DNA of 54,016 nt, the filler included, from Sphacelaria rigidula (lineage: Eukaryota): assembly GCA_964200075.2 (NCBI GenBank). It is 4 parts of 4 records of this genome, joined end to end, with 100 filler letters (N's around TTAATTAATTAA, not from the genome) between each part and the next. Parts side by side here need not be neighbours in the genome. Positions count along the whole stretch, not along the records: positions 27,065 to 40,494 come from CAXNAA020002890.1; positions 40,595 to 54,016 come from CAXNAA020002891.1; 2 more parts are not named here. One strand, 5' to 3'. The notes under the pieces were generated by a model. It was given only the letters and a program-made list of their open reading frames with translations. It searched no databases and was not told the origin of the DNA. Position numbers and translations under genes: made by a program. Every line of letters begins with the position of its first letter. Positions within the stretch are counted from its first letter, which is position 1. Positions 37,801 through 49,900 of the stretch are shown one piece after another.

Positions 37801-40320
37801 TGGTGTTCCTACACCGCAGATTGCTTCTCGGTTCTGAACGACCAAGTCCAGGTCACCGAGTTCGGATCCAAGTGTAGATCTGAGTTGCGGGGTAACGCAA
37901 CTGTTACGCTGTGTATGGAGGGTTGAAGACGGGGGCCGACATGATCGACCTTCACTGGTATTCCTATGTAGTGCCGGGGGAAATCAGCGAGCAATGTCTG
38001 TGGCTTGTTCCGCGGATTGAATTGAAAAATATTTACTAGTGCTGTCGGCGGCGCCGAAACTCCAGTATGCCGGCGTCGGCGCATCACGGGTCGGCGCGAT
38101 CGATGGTAAAGAAACCAGGGTTTCTGGTGTTGGGGTTCGAGTTATCATGAGTTGGACCCATCTGCAGGTGTCTATGAGCGGGAGTTCTGGTTGTTGCGAG
38201 AAGAACCATATCTTAGGCGAGAGCAAGCGTTGTGATCATTGTTTTTGCGACGGCGATTGTAGTTGGAGCGATTGTTGCCGCGATTGTTGGAATGATTGCG
38301 AGAATTTCGGTTGGGTGTACAATAATCGCCCATTCGTTGTTGCCATCGGCGCCTCGTTGATTCATTGTCCCGCAGTTCAGGGTTCATGAGATCGAATGCG
38401 TTGGTACAGGCGTTGGCACAGTCACGCATACTGTGGCCTTGGGCGTTGCAGTCGATGCAACTGTTGGCGCGGCGACTGAAAGCGTCACATCGAGCAGAGG
38501 ACTAAAAAAGGGAGTTCCACAAATGGAACTCATCCGTAATAAATACTGCTGTGGAAGTCAAGTGAGCATCGGCCCAAGTTTCTGCGGAGTATGGCCATCC
38601 GTCAAAGCTCGCGCGAAACGGATATTTCGTGCTTTTAACGTTCATGACTATATAAGCGACAGAGTTGGGGGTCCATGAAGCATAAGACGACTTGTGATTC
38701 CATCCGCGAGACCCAGAGGCGTTCACTGAGGACACGGCCGTGGGCTGTGATGGCACAGGCGAATAAGGTTCACCACGAATGGCAGACATCAAGTTACTCT
38801 CTTGGTGGACAAAAACTGTTCACATCGCGTCTACGGGAGCGTAAGGCACCTCGCGACGTGGAAAGATACCCGGAAACAACGACGACATCAGCACCGGAAA
38901 CTGCTGAGCAACGCTATTGCGGGCATACGAGTGGCACATGGCATCGCTAGGGCCGCTTTGGCGTCCGTTACCCGTAGTACTGGAGACTAAAGCTTGAAGC
39001 CGCGCAGATAATCCGCAAAAGGAAAATCCACAGTTACTCCACACAAATTAAGTCGTTGTATAGAGTTCCCTTGGTCTCTCCTGTCGAAGTACCCCGTCAA
39101 GCACGTTTCCAGATCACTGAGTAACCTGGCCGTGTTCTCCCTGGGGCATTGTCCATCAATGATTTGCGTCAAGGAAGAAGCAATGTTGGGCGAGCGACGA
39201 TTGATGGAACGGTGTAGGTTTTTATGAAGCGGGGTCTACTAACTATCGACCAAACGGGATCTTCAAAGCGTTAGGCGCCCATGGTGTCGGCCAACTCAAG
39301 GGTATTTCAAGCAATGAGTAGAAAGGATGTGATGAGACCGGAGGCATGTCGTCTAGAATCTTAGTTATCGAGCGCGGGCATGATATCAATATGCCAACGT
39401 TTCTTTATATCTATCTGAATGTACTTTCTCTGAGGGTTTCTACTCGACTTTGGCGGCGGCTGCTATGTCACGAGTTTCGCCCTTTTCTTGGTCGACCGCT
39501 GTGACGGCTAAAGCACGGGTTGAAGTTGAAGACAATGGGCGATCCGATGTGTCATTACTTGAAATACGCAGTCATTGGTCCAAAGCATCGGCCAGCCGAG
39601 GTGTTCCTTGCCTAGGGACCAGCGGGTGAAACCGACGGACACGGATCCGTGGCGGATCGGTTCCGGCGGTTTCCGGACGAAGAGCCCGATAAACCTCCAC
39701 CTCGACGCTTCCGGTTCGCCGCGAGCGTTGTGATTCACGCAATAATAATACGGTACATGCCGACATCGTGTGAGGTATATTTTTGGACAGGTCACCGGCT
39801 CCCGGATCCTCGACAGAGAGAAGATGACTTAGTTGGGGGACCACTGTCGGCGTCGGTGCCGACGGTAGTGGCGGTGGCGGCGGCAGCGGCAGTAACGGCC
39901 GAAGGGGGGTAGAGGTGGGTGATCCGGCGGCGTCCGTACGAGTGAGAGCTACGAACGAGAATAACCACGCTACGAACAAGCGAGATCGAACAAGCTTCCT
40001 GTCGATCAATAAGATCAATAGTGTGTCAGATACACGCTCATTGTCGACCAACCTAGTTGAGGACTGCATTATTGCGCGGTTTTACAACAGACCGATTTGT
40101 ATCCGTCGTGTCCCCATCACAGTCTCCTCCGGTACACAAAAGTTGGCAAGTTTTGTTCAATCTGGAGTCAGAAGCGCTTACTATCCTCAGCCAAAAAGGT
40201 GAAGGACCAAGGTCCGCGCCCTCCCGTCTTCTTCGCGCCCCCCAACTGCAGTCTCGCGCTATTCACCCACCACCAGCAAATCTAGCCACTCAGCACCACT
40301 ACTACACTTCCGCGGTTGTC
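34880..40320 (-). mobile_element. Second degenerate Gypsy LTR retrotransposon (leader-gag-ZnK-PR-[RT mostly lost]-RNase H)
   Basis: CCHC knuckle CIDCNAQGHSMRDC at 38418-38459; protease LLDSGS at ~37040-37060 and MLLGRD at ~36790-36810; RNase H YVSSTTLPNEPKWSTLEL...QRWVEFLTTYQFTIKHCSGKTNGNADLLSRLP at 35340-35650. No integrase seen. Boundaries approximate. Confidence 0.8.
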
Positions 40321-40494
40321 TGATTGATTTTTTTTATTGATTGTCGCACTTTAACTGACCCCCCGGGGTCCAGCCGTGGTCTCATGATAGACGTACCCAA
40401 CAAAACGAAAATCAAACACTCTCTAAAACAGCCGATCATCTATGTTGAGGATGGTGCTTTTCATTGAGGATGAGAACCCGGAGGATTAAAATCT

Positions 40495-40594
40495 NNNNNN
40501 NNNNNNNNNNNNNNNNNNNNNNNNNNNNNNNNNNNNNNTTAATTAATTAANNNNNNNNNNNNNNNNNNNNNNNNNNNNNNNNNNNNNNNNNNNN
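40495..40594. other. Artificial contig spacer
   Basis: 44 N + TTAATTAATTAA + 44 N. Confidence 0.98.
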
Positions 40595-40692
40595 AAAAAA
40601 TAAAACGGTAACCTGGTTGCCTAGCTTCCGTAGTGAGTGGCGTGTTTTATAGCGTCATCGCCAACCGACGCCAACTCCACCGGGGGGGGGGT
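40595..40692 (-). mobile_element. 5' end of the oligo-C-ended repeat, cut by the contig edge
   Basis: Reverse complement reads C10-GGT-GGAGTTGGCGTCGGTTGG...CTAGGCAACCAGG. Confidence 0.75.
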
Positions 40693-40921
40693 GAAAAATA
40701 CAGGGGGAAGAGGTTGAACATGCTGGGGAAAATGAAGACAGTCGAAGGGGTAGCACCGCTCGATTGTGTAGTTTACGTCGATGCTTAACTTCTTTGCCTT
40801 CCTTCGGGTACACACCCTCCAGCTGGGTTGGGCGGATAAGACGTGTAATAATTCGACGGAATAGTGTGGATCTGTGTTGTACGGTGTTGATAGGTGGACG
40901 AAAAAACAAAAAAAAACTTAC

Positions 40922-42526
40922 CTGACTTTTTTATGAGCTCCTTCGTCTTCTTTGTTACAGCGTCTAGTCCCCCTATAGCCTCCTCAAAATCGGTGTTGAC
41001 GTTATCCAACATTTTATTTTGCGTATCCAACTCTTTCGAGATCTCCAAGCTGGTCGGTTTTAGGCGGAAACGAATGCGGTGATGGCAGCATCATAGCATG
41101 GGAAAAATGGTAATGCAGGGAGGGAGGGGGCGGGGACTCTTTTATAATAATTCGACACTGCCTTGGATCTACGACAAATGCAACCATGGGTCGATGCAGC
41201 TGTACAAGCGCCAAGGTATGGACCTATCATGATCGCTGCCATACCCGTTGAATCAATTTGGCGCGTTCGCAGATTGAACTTCGTCACTGTTGTATCGAAT
41301 CAAAATCATGTTCTGTACACGTCAACAAAGTCGTCCGTATATGGCGTATCCAGGCCAACGCAATACTGGATGATACACGGCCTAATTTTTCGAAGGTCGC
41401 CGCGGACAGTGTCAAGCTGGACGGCGCTCAAGTATAAAAACTGAAAAGGTTTGCCCTGACAAAGCCGGTGGAAAGACAAGGAGAGTACAGAAGGCACCAA
41501 TTGGTTCAATGGGTGAGGCATCGAGTCAATGAATGCCTAGATCATGCTGCCGTAGGTACCCCATCGTATGGGTATGATCGCGTAGCATAGCAAGAGCCGC
41601 TCACCTTATGTGTCCTAGCCGAGACACTGATTGACCAATATCGCTCAAGTGTTCATCCTGATGTTGCATTTGCGCCTAGAAAAAAACAAGCGAGAGCGAC
41701 AAGGAGGGCAGGAAAGCAAACCACGGCCGAGCCATGCCCCGAATGACGCGATATCCTCAGCACAAGGCGTGTCATTTTCTTTCAACACTATGTGGAATAT
41801 ATGATGCAAGTGAAGGAACAAGTATGTTAATATTATAAATAATAATAGTCGAAACATGGATCTCGAGCAACATCTTTCGAAGATTCACTCGAAAGTTTAG
41901 GTGTGCTGCGCGTCAATCAATGGCTTCCACATTCCTGGATTACTTCGACAAATAAAACTGTGACGTAAAAAATTGAGAGGGGGCAGTAGGGCAAGGAGAT
42001 TGAAGCAGTTAGTTGTAGAGACGAGTTCCAGAATGGTCAGGAACCAGCACTTTCAGATTTGTACAGCTCAGGCCCATCTGCTTGAGATGCGTAGGCACTC
42101 GAAATAGGTCCATCAAATATTTACATCCATTTGTCGCTGGCCACGACTGCACTATACTGTACTCGATGTACCCCGTCCACCCCCAAAGTATCCAATTTGA
42201 CAGGCTAGGTGGTAACCTCATGACTTTATCTGTCCACACAGCGTAGTTAAACAATTGGAAATGACATATGACGGAATCTTAAACAGGCAACAGAACCTCG
42301 GTAACAACACACGGGGAAAGTTCCGTAGATTATTGCAGGAACATTCGAAGGATTTTGAAATGCATCGCACCTTGTGTCCCCGTATTTGCTTCTGAATCCA
42401 ATCGTCCTCCTCATCGACCTCGCCTCCGATGGGTAATCGAGAGTATTCCAACTTTTCCGTCGAGCTCGCTGGGCCGGAGTAGTTCCTGATTGCCGAGCGT
42501 TGACGAGCATATCGACGAATGAGAGC
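40922..42526 (-). CDS. Qc-SNARE, syntaxin-6/SYP6/Tlg1-like, partial (TM exon not in this contig)
   Basis: Exons 42526-42371, 41675-41605 and 41049-40922 (phases 0, 2, 1; GT-AG) give ...QMQHQDEHLSDIGQSVSRLGHISLEISKELDTQNKMLDNVNTDFEEAIGGLDAVTKKTKELIKKSG, a SNARE heptad with a central Gln. Confidence 0.88.
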
Positions 42527-45500
42527 CTTTCAGGTCAGTAGCTGGCAAAAAAATAAACGGGATATGAATCAAGACAACAGTGGCGTTTAGCGGAGGTGGG
42601 GGTGCGAATGACTAACTGCCGCAACAGAGGAAATGAGCACGAATTAATCTAGACAGTCTGGACAACCAGAGAAAACAAAACGGGTGAATGAAACAGGGGG
42701 ATCATTTATCCAACAACATCTCAATAGAACATCAAAAGTTGGAGGGAAGGAAAAAAACAAGACACTTGACGCTACACGCCACAAAGTCCGTTACACATCA
42801 CATGTTAAGCCAGGCTAGTACTACAGTGGTAGCTCCTCGTATAACGAATTTAGTGACGTGTAACGTTAATTTGTGACGTGTAACGTCAATTACCCTGGAA
42901 AAAACACAGAGTGCTGTGATTGATTCGCCCGCTGCCCTGGACCGCATCCCAACTGGTTTCGATCTTATGAGCCTTGGGGAGCAAATTTAAAAGTTGAAAA
43001 ACTCGTGTCGAAAGCGCGGCGTAAAAAGCTTGCATGGTTTCATCCGTACAGGTCAGAAGGTTTTGAGTTGCGAATGCGTTTCTTGACATTTCAGAGAGAG
43101 GATATGCGGCATCGCGCACTAACAGCCACAATAGAACGCGGGCACGTCCACATATATCCTCCCCGGCTCCGCAAAAATACAAGGTGTCTTGATCGAGTGC
43201 GTCAATTTCCGTACTGGGCGAGCATCAACAACAACGTGTGCTAACCGTAGTGGAGTCTCTCCGCCTCAAAGTATCGATTTCGGCACCATTTGTGCTGTGC
43301 AGCTTTGCGAATACAGTCATTCCGACCCTATCTCTTGACGGATCGAAGACAAGGCAAACACACCATGTGTTGTCCCAGTAAAAATCATCGTGAGGGGAGT
43401 CAAGCCCGGTTTCGAGGGCAGTACAAGTCTCTCACAGTCAGCGTTCAGAACGCTTGGATCGGCTGTGGTTTGTCAGCTATTGGTCGCTATGGGTCCAAAT
43501 CTCTCATACACCCGAAGGAGTTAGTTTTGCTATCGGCGCCGAACAAAAGAGCGATAACGAAAATCAAAATCAAGTTCAAATTTGATTTCCGTTTGGACAC
43601 GCCCTTAGAGCGTGTCTCAGTACATTGTTTTTCGATCGAAAGTGCGTGGTGGAAAAGAAAAACTCCGATCTGATAGGTCATGATTTCAACTATCGTATTT
43701 TACTTCGAAGATGGTTGAAATCACGACCTGTCAGATCGGATTTGTTTTTCACCGCACTTCTTCGATTGAAAAATGATGTGCAAGGACACGGCCTTAGCGC
43801 GTGTCCTTCGCGATTGAAAATAAGAGGATATCCAAAAAATCGAAACCGAACGAAAAAAAAAAAAAAGTGTACTGTGGCTGAATCGCTGCACTGAACCGCA
43901 ATCGAACGGTTCATGATTTCTCGAGACCCTTCGGCAATATCCGAAGTATGCCGTATACCGAAAAGATGACAGCTGTTCATCGAAAGGCGGGAGAAAAAGG
44001 ACCGAAGGGAAACATCGAGATAAATATCGACCTACAAGTAGATGGATGGGTGCGACACTGCGCGCCCTAAGGTTGGGAGATTCAACCATGTACCCACCAC
44101 TTCAGGGCAGACAGAATCGCGTACAGACATCCCTATGTCAACGGCCAAGCATCCACGGCTCGACTTCACGAAACTGCAGGGCGCTTTGATCGATTACGTC
44201 GCGTTCCGTCTTGGGTGAGCATCAGTAACGCGTGCCGAAAGTTGGATAGTCTTTCCGCTTTCTAAGGCCGTGTCTTATCTAGACCAAAAGAAGAAGCGGG
44301 AAAAGAAACAAGAGGCCAAAAGTAGCATGTTGAATGGTCGCCGGGCGGGGACTATGGTTGTGGCGACTGATCAACATGCTGCGTTCAGACGCTTGCTAAT
44401 TTTCCAGCTTCTTTTTTTGATGTCGATAACACACGGCTTTGGGGGGGGGGGGGGGGGTTGGCACCATTTGTACACTGAGGTATTGTGAAACAGCCACCGC
44501 CAACAAGGCGAATCGAAGCTCAAACAAGCACACTATGCATGGTTGAGAAAGAGCTTTTGTACGGGCCATCCAGTACTGCTTGGACGGGAGTGCGGCTCCA
44601 ATGGTCGACGTTTTATCCTCCTGGGATGGACCATCATAGTGTGTCAACTGCTGCTTGTCATAGTTCTGACTCCTCTTTGCGAAGTACCTACGGTGCCGGT
44701 GCCAGACGCAATTGCAACATCGAAAAGACAAGGCCCTCAGATCAAAATATTGTGGGGGGCAGAACCAGCGGCGTGAAGTGCCCGATTCAAAACTCGTCTG
44801 AAGATCAAATTTGCAACACAAACACCACTCGTTGTAGTACCGGCAGAAACGAGCGGTATGACACAGATTGCAAGAAATCTCGGGAACGCCCAAGCTAGAA
44901 AATGACCTCTCTGTGCAAACGTAATTTTTTCAACACACAAAGCGTTTGTGATACATCCTGAACGAAGTCCAGATAGAAACTCATTGAGAGAAACATGCCA
45001 TGCAATGCAGATAGGCGCCTTGCCACTTTTTAGGTGGACATGGGATGCTTCGTTTAATGGGAAACCGTCCTGTGCTGACGAAGTCGCCTCAATTCGCGTG
45101 GCTCGAAAATACTGTCGAGGGAGGTGATATTGACCGTTTGATTGCGTTGCGGCAAACCCGAACACGAGAAGGCGTTGTTTCTCCATCGTTTTGGCATAAA
45201 AAAAAAACGCACAACGCGCAGCGCACTGGTACTCTCAAGACCTACACCGCGGGGTATGGCATGGTGCTGGTCCTACAGCTCTCAATGGCAGCGAAGGCCT
45301 ATTATTAGCCTGGTCACGCTTTCTTGTCGCCCAAACAAGCCAGCATCGAGAGTCAAGACCCAAATTTTAATTCTTGGGTGATACAGCTGGGCGACTCTAT
45401 ACAAATGGGGCACCTCTCTTTTGATCGAGTTGGTCATTCTGCTCGGCCGTACAAGATTGTAACAGGGGCATGTACTCAAGTCTGTCCTCGCGACACGTGG

Positions 45501-46992
45501 TGTCAACTGATCACACGTCGGACAGTCAATGAGCTACCCCATCATTACTTTTATTAGTGTACTGGTCCAGATCATGAGCTATATTAGATCATTAGGCCCC
45601 CTTATTCCATGTTAGCTCCCTACAGCGCTGGACTCCGCGCACGTCAAATAACGCACAGGGATCTGAAAATCCTTTTCGATTAGCTATTTTCACGGAGCTC
45701 TTAGGCTGTCCGATGTGCGCAACCTTTTGATCGCCAGGGTGTAGCGTGGGTCATCTGTCAAGGAAGTACCATCTTCACTTGAAAAATGAACCTGAGATCA
45801 CGATGACTGGTTTCTTTAACCCGTGGTCGCAGAGTGCAACCCGGCCGTCTAAGAGTGAAGGTTCTGGACGCATTCCTTTGTTCTCAAAAACACACATGGA
45901 ATATGTATAGCAGACTTTGCACGCACAACCGTGGTGGGGTGGGGGCAGTCAGTGGGTACCTAGCACGCGGTTCAAAGCGGAACAACTACGGTCGTGGTAT
46001 CGTACAGTAGAAGACTGAGAGGACAGTACCAGTATACTAAAATGTAGATAGTACGGTACAACATATGACGCTGCTGTTGTGTACCACCGTGAATGACATG
46101 CGGAGTGTTGCAAGCGGTGCGGTCTGTACCGGGTCCACGCTAGACTACGATTTGAACTCCACAAATTTATAAGAAGGCGAACGAGTGCTGCGGGTTGAGC
46201 ATTGAACCGCCTTGTATCGCCGTACTTCGGGCTGAGAGCTACCGTACTGTTTTCTCTGACAAACCAGCAGAAAGACACTTGGTGTATCACACCGGCGCAC
46301 CTGCTACCATTCGCCGAGCCTGTTGGTCGCTTCCAATCGTTCATCCTTCACCAGCCCACACCCTTCACCACCCAGCTCCCAAGAAAAATCAGTACCTTCC
46401 CACAGAGTGTTGTTTATAGTCAGACCAGCCACCGCAGTGGTAAAGGTCTGCGGGACTATGCAAGCTACAAGCTAGGGACTGTACCAAGCTACACACAGAC
46501 CGTATACAGTGAAATAATCATCCCACGTTGGTCATTTTCTATCTTTTGAGGCCGTGTTCTTAGTTTTATATCCGAGAAATTTTCATGGCGAGGGTGGTCT
46601 CGTAATTTAACATATTCAGCATTCATACCTTGTTGACATGGTTTTCTCCCCATCTTGTCCTTGGCGTGTGCCGTGTGGTGAAGGGTGAGTGGAGGTCTCA
46701 ACAACATTTGACAAACGGGTTTTGAATATCATAAAATCAAATACTGTAATGTAAAACAAGATACGATATCGTGCACTGCTCAGGCTGCACATGGCACTCT
46801 GTGCTCTGGCAAGTCTGTCGCTCCTACTACGCGCTTAACTCGCGAAGCTATTCATCGTCTCTGTTATTCACAACGTGTTTGGGAAAGCTTGGTCTAAAGC
46901 TTCACCTGGAATGCCACAAAATCCAAACCTGTAACGGACGACGCAGCTGAGCTACAACAGTACTAGGATTTGGGGCTGGGGGCAAGAGGCTC

Positions 46993-49900
46993 ATGGCTGC
47001 AGAAGAGGGCCGGGTCGTGACGGCCTTGCCTCCCCCTCCAGCGTACTACAAGCTATTCACACCAAAGGCTACCGTAGATAAAGGCGAGTTAGTTTATCTC
47101 TCTTGTCACACCCGTGGTTGCATCTCGGATATTCCGTTTATGTTCCCATGTTCAACAGTGGTACAATAGTGCACAAGTATTTATACCTGTATCATACGAG
47201 GAGTGCAGTCACTACCAGACAGTTCTTTGAGTTCTGCAAGCCTCCCACACCGGTACTTGATACGAGCTCTGAGAGCTGTACGATATTTTCCCTTACCCCG
47301 GGCACGGGTATACCATTGTAGAAATACCCGGCTGCGGGTAAGGGTTTCTGTACAATGTCCATACCGGTGACCGGTAGTTCCTCAAGTTCTGCAAGATATT
47401 TCTCACCCTTCCTAGCATACCCGTACCGTACAGAACACAACCTCGAAATCATCCAATGTGGGAGTTGAACGCTCTCACAGTGTACTACACCGGCGATCCT
47501 GTGCGGGTGGAACACCCCTAGAACGCATCCTCACTACCGTCCAATGGTGTTGGAAGTCGGTATCAAATTGTCGATACGATCGCGATATCAATCGGCGATT
47601 CTGCGTATTGGAATCGCTGGCCGGTAAGCCGGTATCTGATATTTGCCCATTCGAATCAGTATCGATACTCGATTCTCGATACTGTACAATTCGATAGTTT
47701 GCGCCCACTTTAAAGAATCTATGGGGGGTGGTCGTTCACCTACCCCGGGGCCCACTCCATGTCAAAACTAACTCCCTCCCATCTCACTACCTCTCACACC
47801 GCCTCACCCACGCACAAATTCTATGTTTTTTACCTGCGAAACGGTCAAGATCCCCCCCCCCCCGTTCCCTCCCCAGTTCCGGACGCAAGCAAACATCCGG
47901 TCCCGAACACATCACGACGCTTCGCGCTTCGTGACTACGAGCCTGGCCCGGCGAAAACCCGGCCTGCTCCATCCCGGTTTTGTCGGGATGCAAGGTCCAT
48001 GATGTCATGACAACGGCATGCAGAATCATTAGTACACCCCCCCCTGCCTCCTCCAGTCCCCTGCTGATCCCCTATGGGGTTGGCGTCCGTTGGCGATGTT
48101 ACTGTCAAACATGCTATTCACCGCGTAAGCTTGGCAACCAGCTTGCCGATTTTTTTCACGTGCTTGCGTTTTTTTTGCGGTAACCATGATGATGGCCGAG
48201 CTAGATCATTTTGTGCGGCGTAGGAGAACCTCGATCCCGCGTAATGGAGATGATCGTACTACACAGTGTTTGATAGTGAGACACCTGTGAGGCAGTGTGT
48301 GAGCCGTGGCTGTCTCTTGGAAGTGGCGATACCAGAAAATGAAGCAATTCACCGGAGGCTGTCATCCAAATGCAAGATAACCAGTAGGCTTCGGGCCGAG
48401 CAATCTTAGCAGGATGCAGCTCACCCTTCATACGACTCGCCGAAGACACCACGACACTTCGCGCCTGGTAATCGATTGCGAGCCTGGTCCAACGAAAACC
48501 CGGTGTGCTCTGTCCCGGTTTTGTGGGGATACCAGGTTGATGGTCATATGACTATGGCATGCAAGATGATCAGTACATCTCCCCCCCCCCCAGTACCCCA
48601 CTCAGGATGGTCGGGAATGAGGAAAACTCCCGTTGAAAACCCTTTTTTTCCTGTTTGTCCACCAGTATACAAAACTGAACGACGTGTTCACCACCCATGG
48701 ATTACCTGTGTGCGAGCACCTCAAAACCGAGGAGTTTTTCATCTCCGTTCTATCTGGGCCCGGTGGCGTGGAGTTTTGGTCGTTGGATTCAGAATTTCTT
48801 GTCGCGCGGTGAATCAGAAACGCACGACGCGTTTCGACAGGGCTTCAGTTTTCCATCACTTCCTGTACCGACACATCCCCGTACACAACAGAATTACATC
48901 ATTGCTCTACGGTAGGATAGATACCCCTCGATACATTCCCGCCACCTACCGTACTATATTTCTTGTACCGTATAACCAGTGCAGTACACAAATGCAGTGC
49001 GGGCCCACTCTATAGTGTAGTGCGGTGTCGGAAAATCTGCCCGCACTATTGCACACGTCGGACAGATCAGCTCTCTGTAGCTCGAGCTAGCTCTTTTTCA
49101 GCGTAGCTCTCTAGTGAGATATGAGAGCTGCGTGAGCTACGCATGTTTTTCCTGGGTGAGCTATGAGAGCTGCATGAGCTACGCATGTTGCCCCAGGTGA
49201 GCTACCAACCCGTAGCTCATCAGCTCACATTCGCTCCGGGTGAGCTGTGAGAGCTGCATGAGCTACGCATGCTTGCCCTAAGTGGGCTACCAACTCGTAG
49301 CTCATTAGCTCATATTCGGCCTGGGTGGGCTATGAGAACTGTATGAGCTACGCACGTTTGTCCTGGATGAGGGATGAGAGCTGCATGAGCTACGCATGTT
49401 TGACCTCGATGATCTATGAGAGCTAGGTGAGCTACGCATAATTGTCCTGGGTGAGCTACCGGACGTAGCTCATCCACGCGTAATTGCCCTGGTTGAGCTA
49501 CGGGAGCTACGCCGATCTTGGAGTTGTTTCTGTTCCGATGCTCATGCAACGTGATACGTGAAAGCGGTTACATGTGTATACATACCTCTGTTCCGTTTGA
49601 GCAGTGATGGATTCGCCGTTTGTAAACATAAACAATGACCGTATCAGAAGCCATCCCCACCGTAGTCACCACACCCACACACAACCGCACGCACACACAA
49701 CCCGCCCTACATGGCGACCGCTGGGGCCAGCAGCTCTAGCGGCGCTTCAGTCGGAAATGATGCAGCGTGGATCTGGATCCTTCGTAACAGGCGATCGATG
49801 TTGAGGAAGAAGTGAACACACATGGCATACGATATTTGATTGCTGAACACTTTGACCGCGAGGGTAAGCGATCAGTTGAATCGGCATCTCTCACACCCGA

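Noticed and set aside
44328..44898. Plus-strand secreted-protein gene
   Set aside because: The hydrophobic stretch comes from a T-run and a G-run, and no consistent downstream exon chain could be built.
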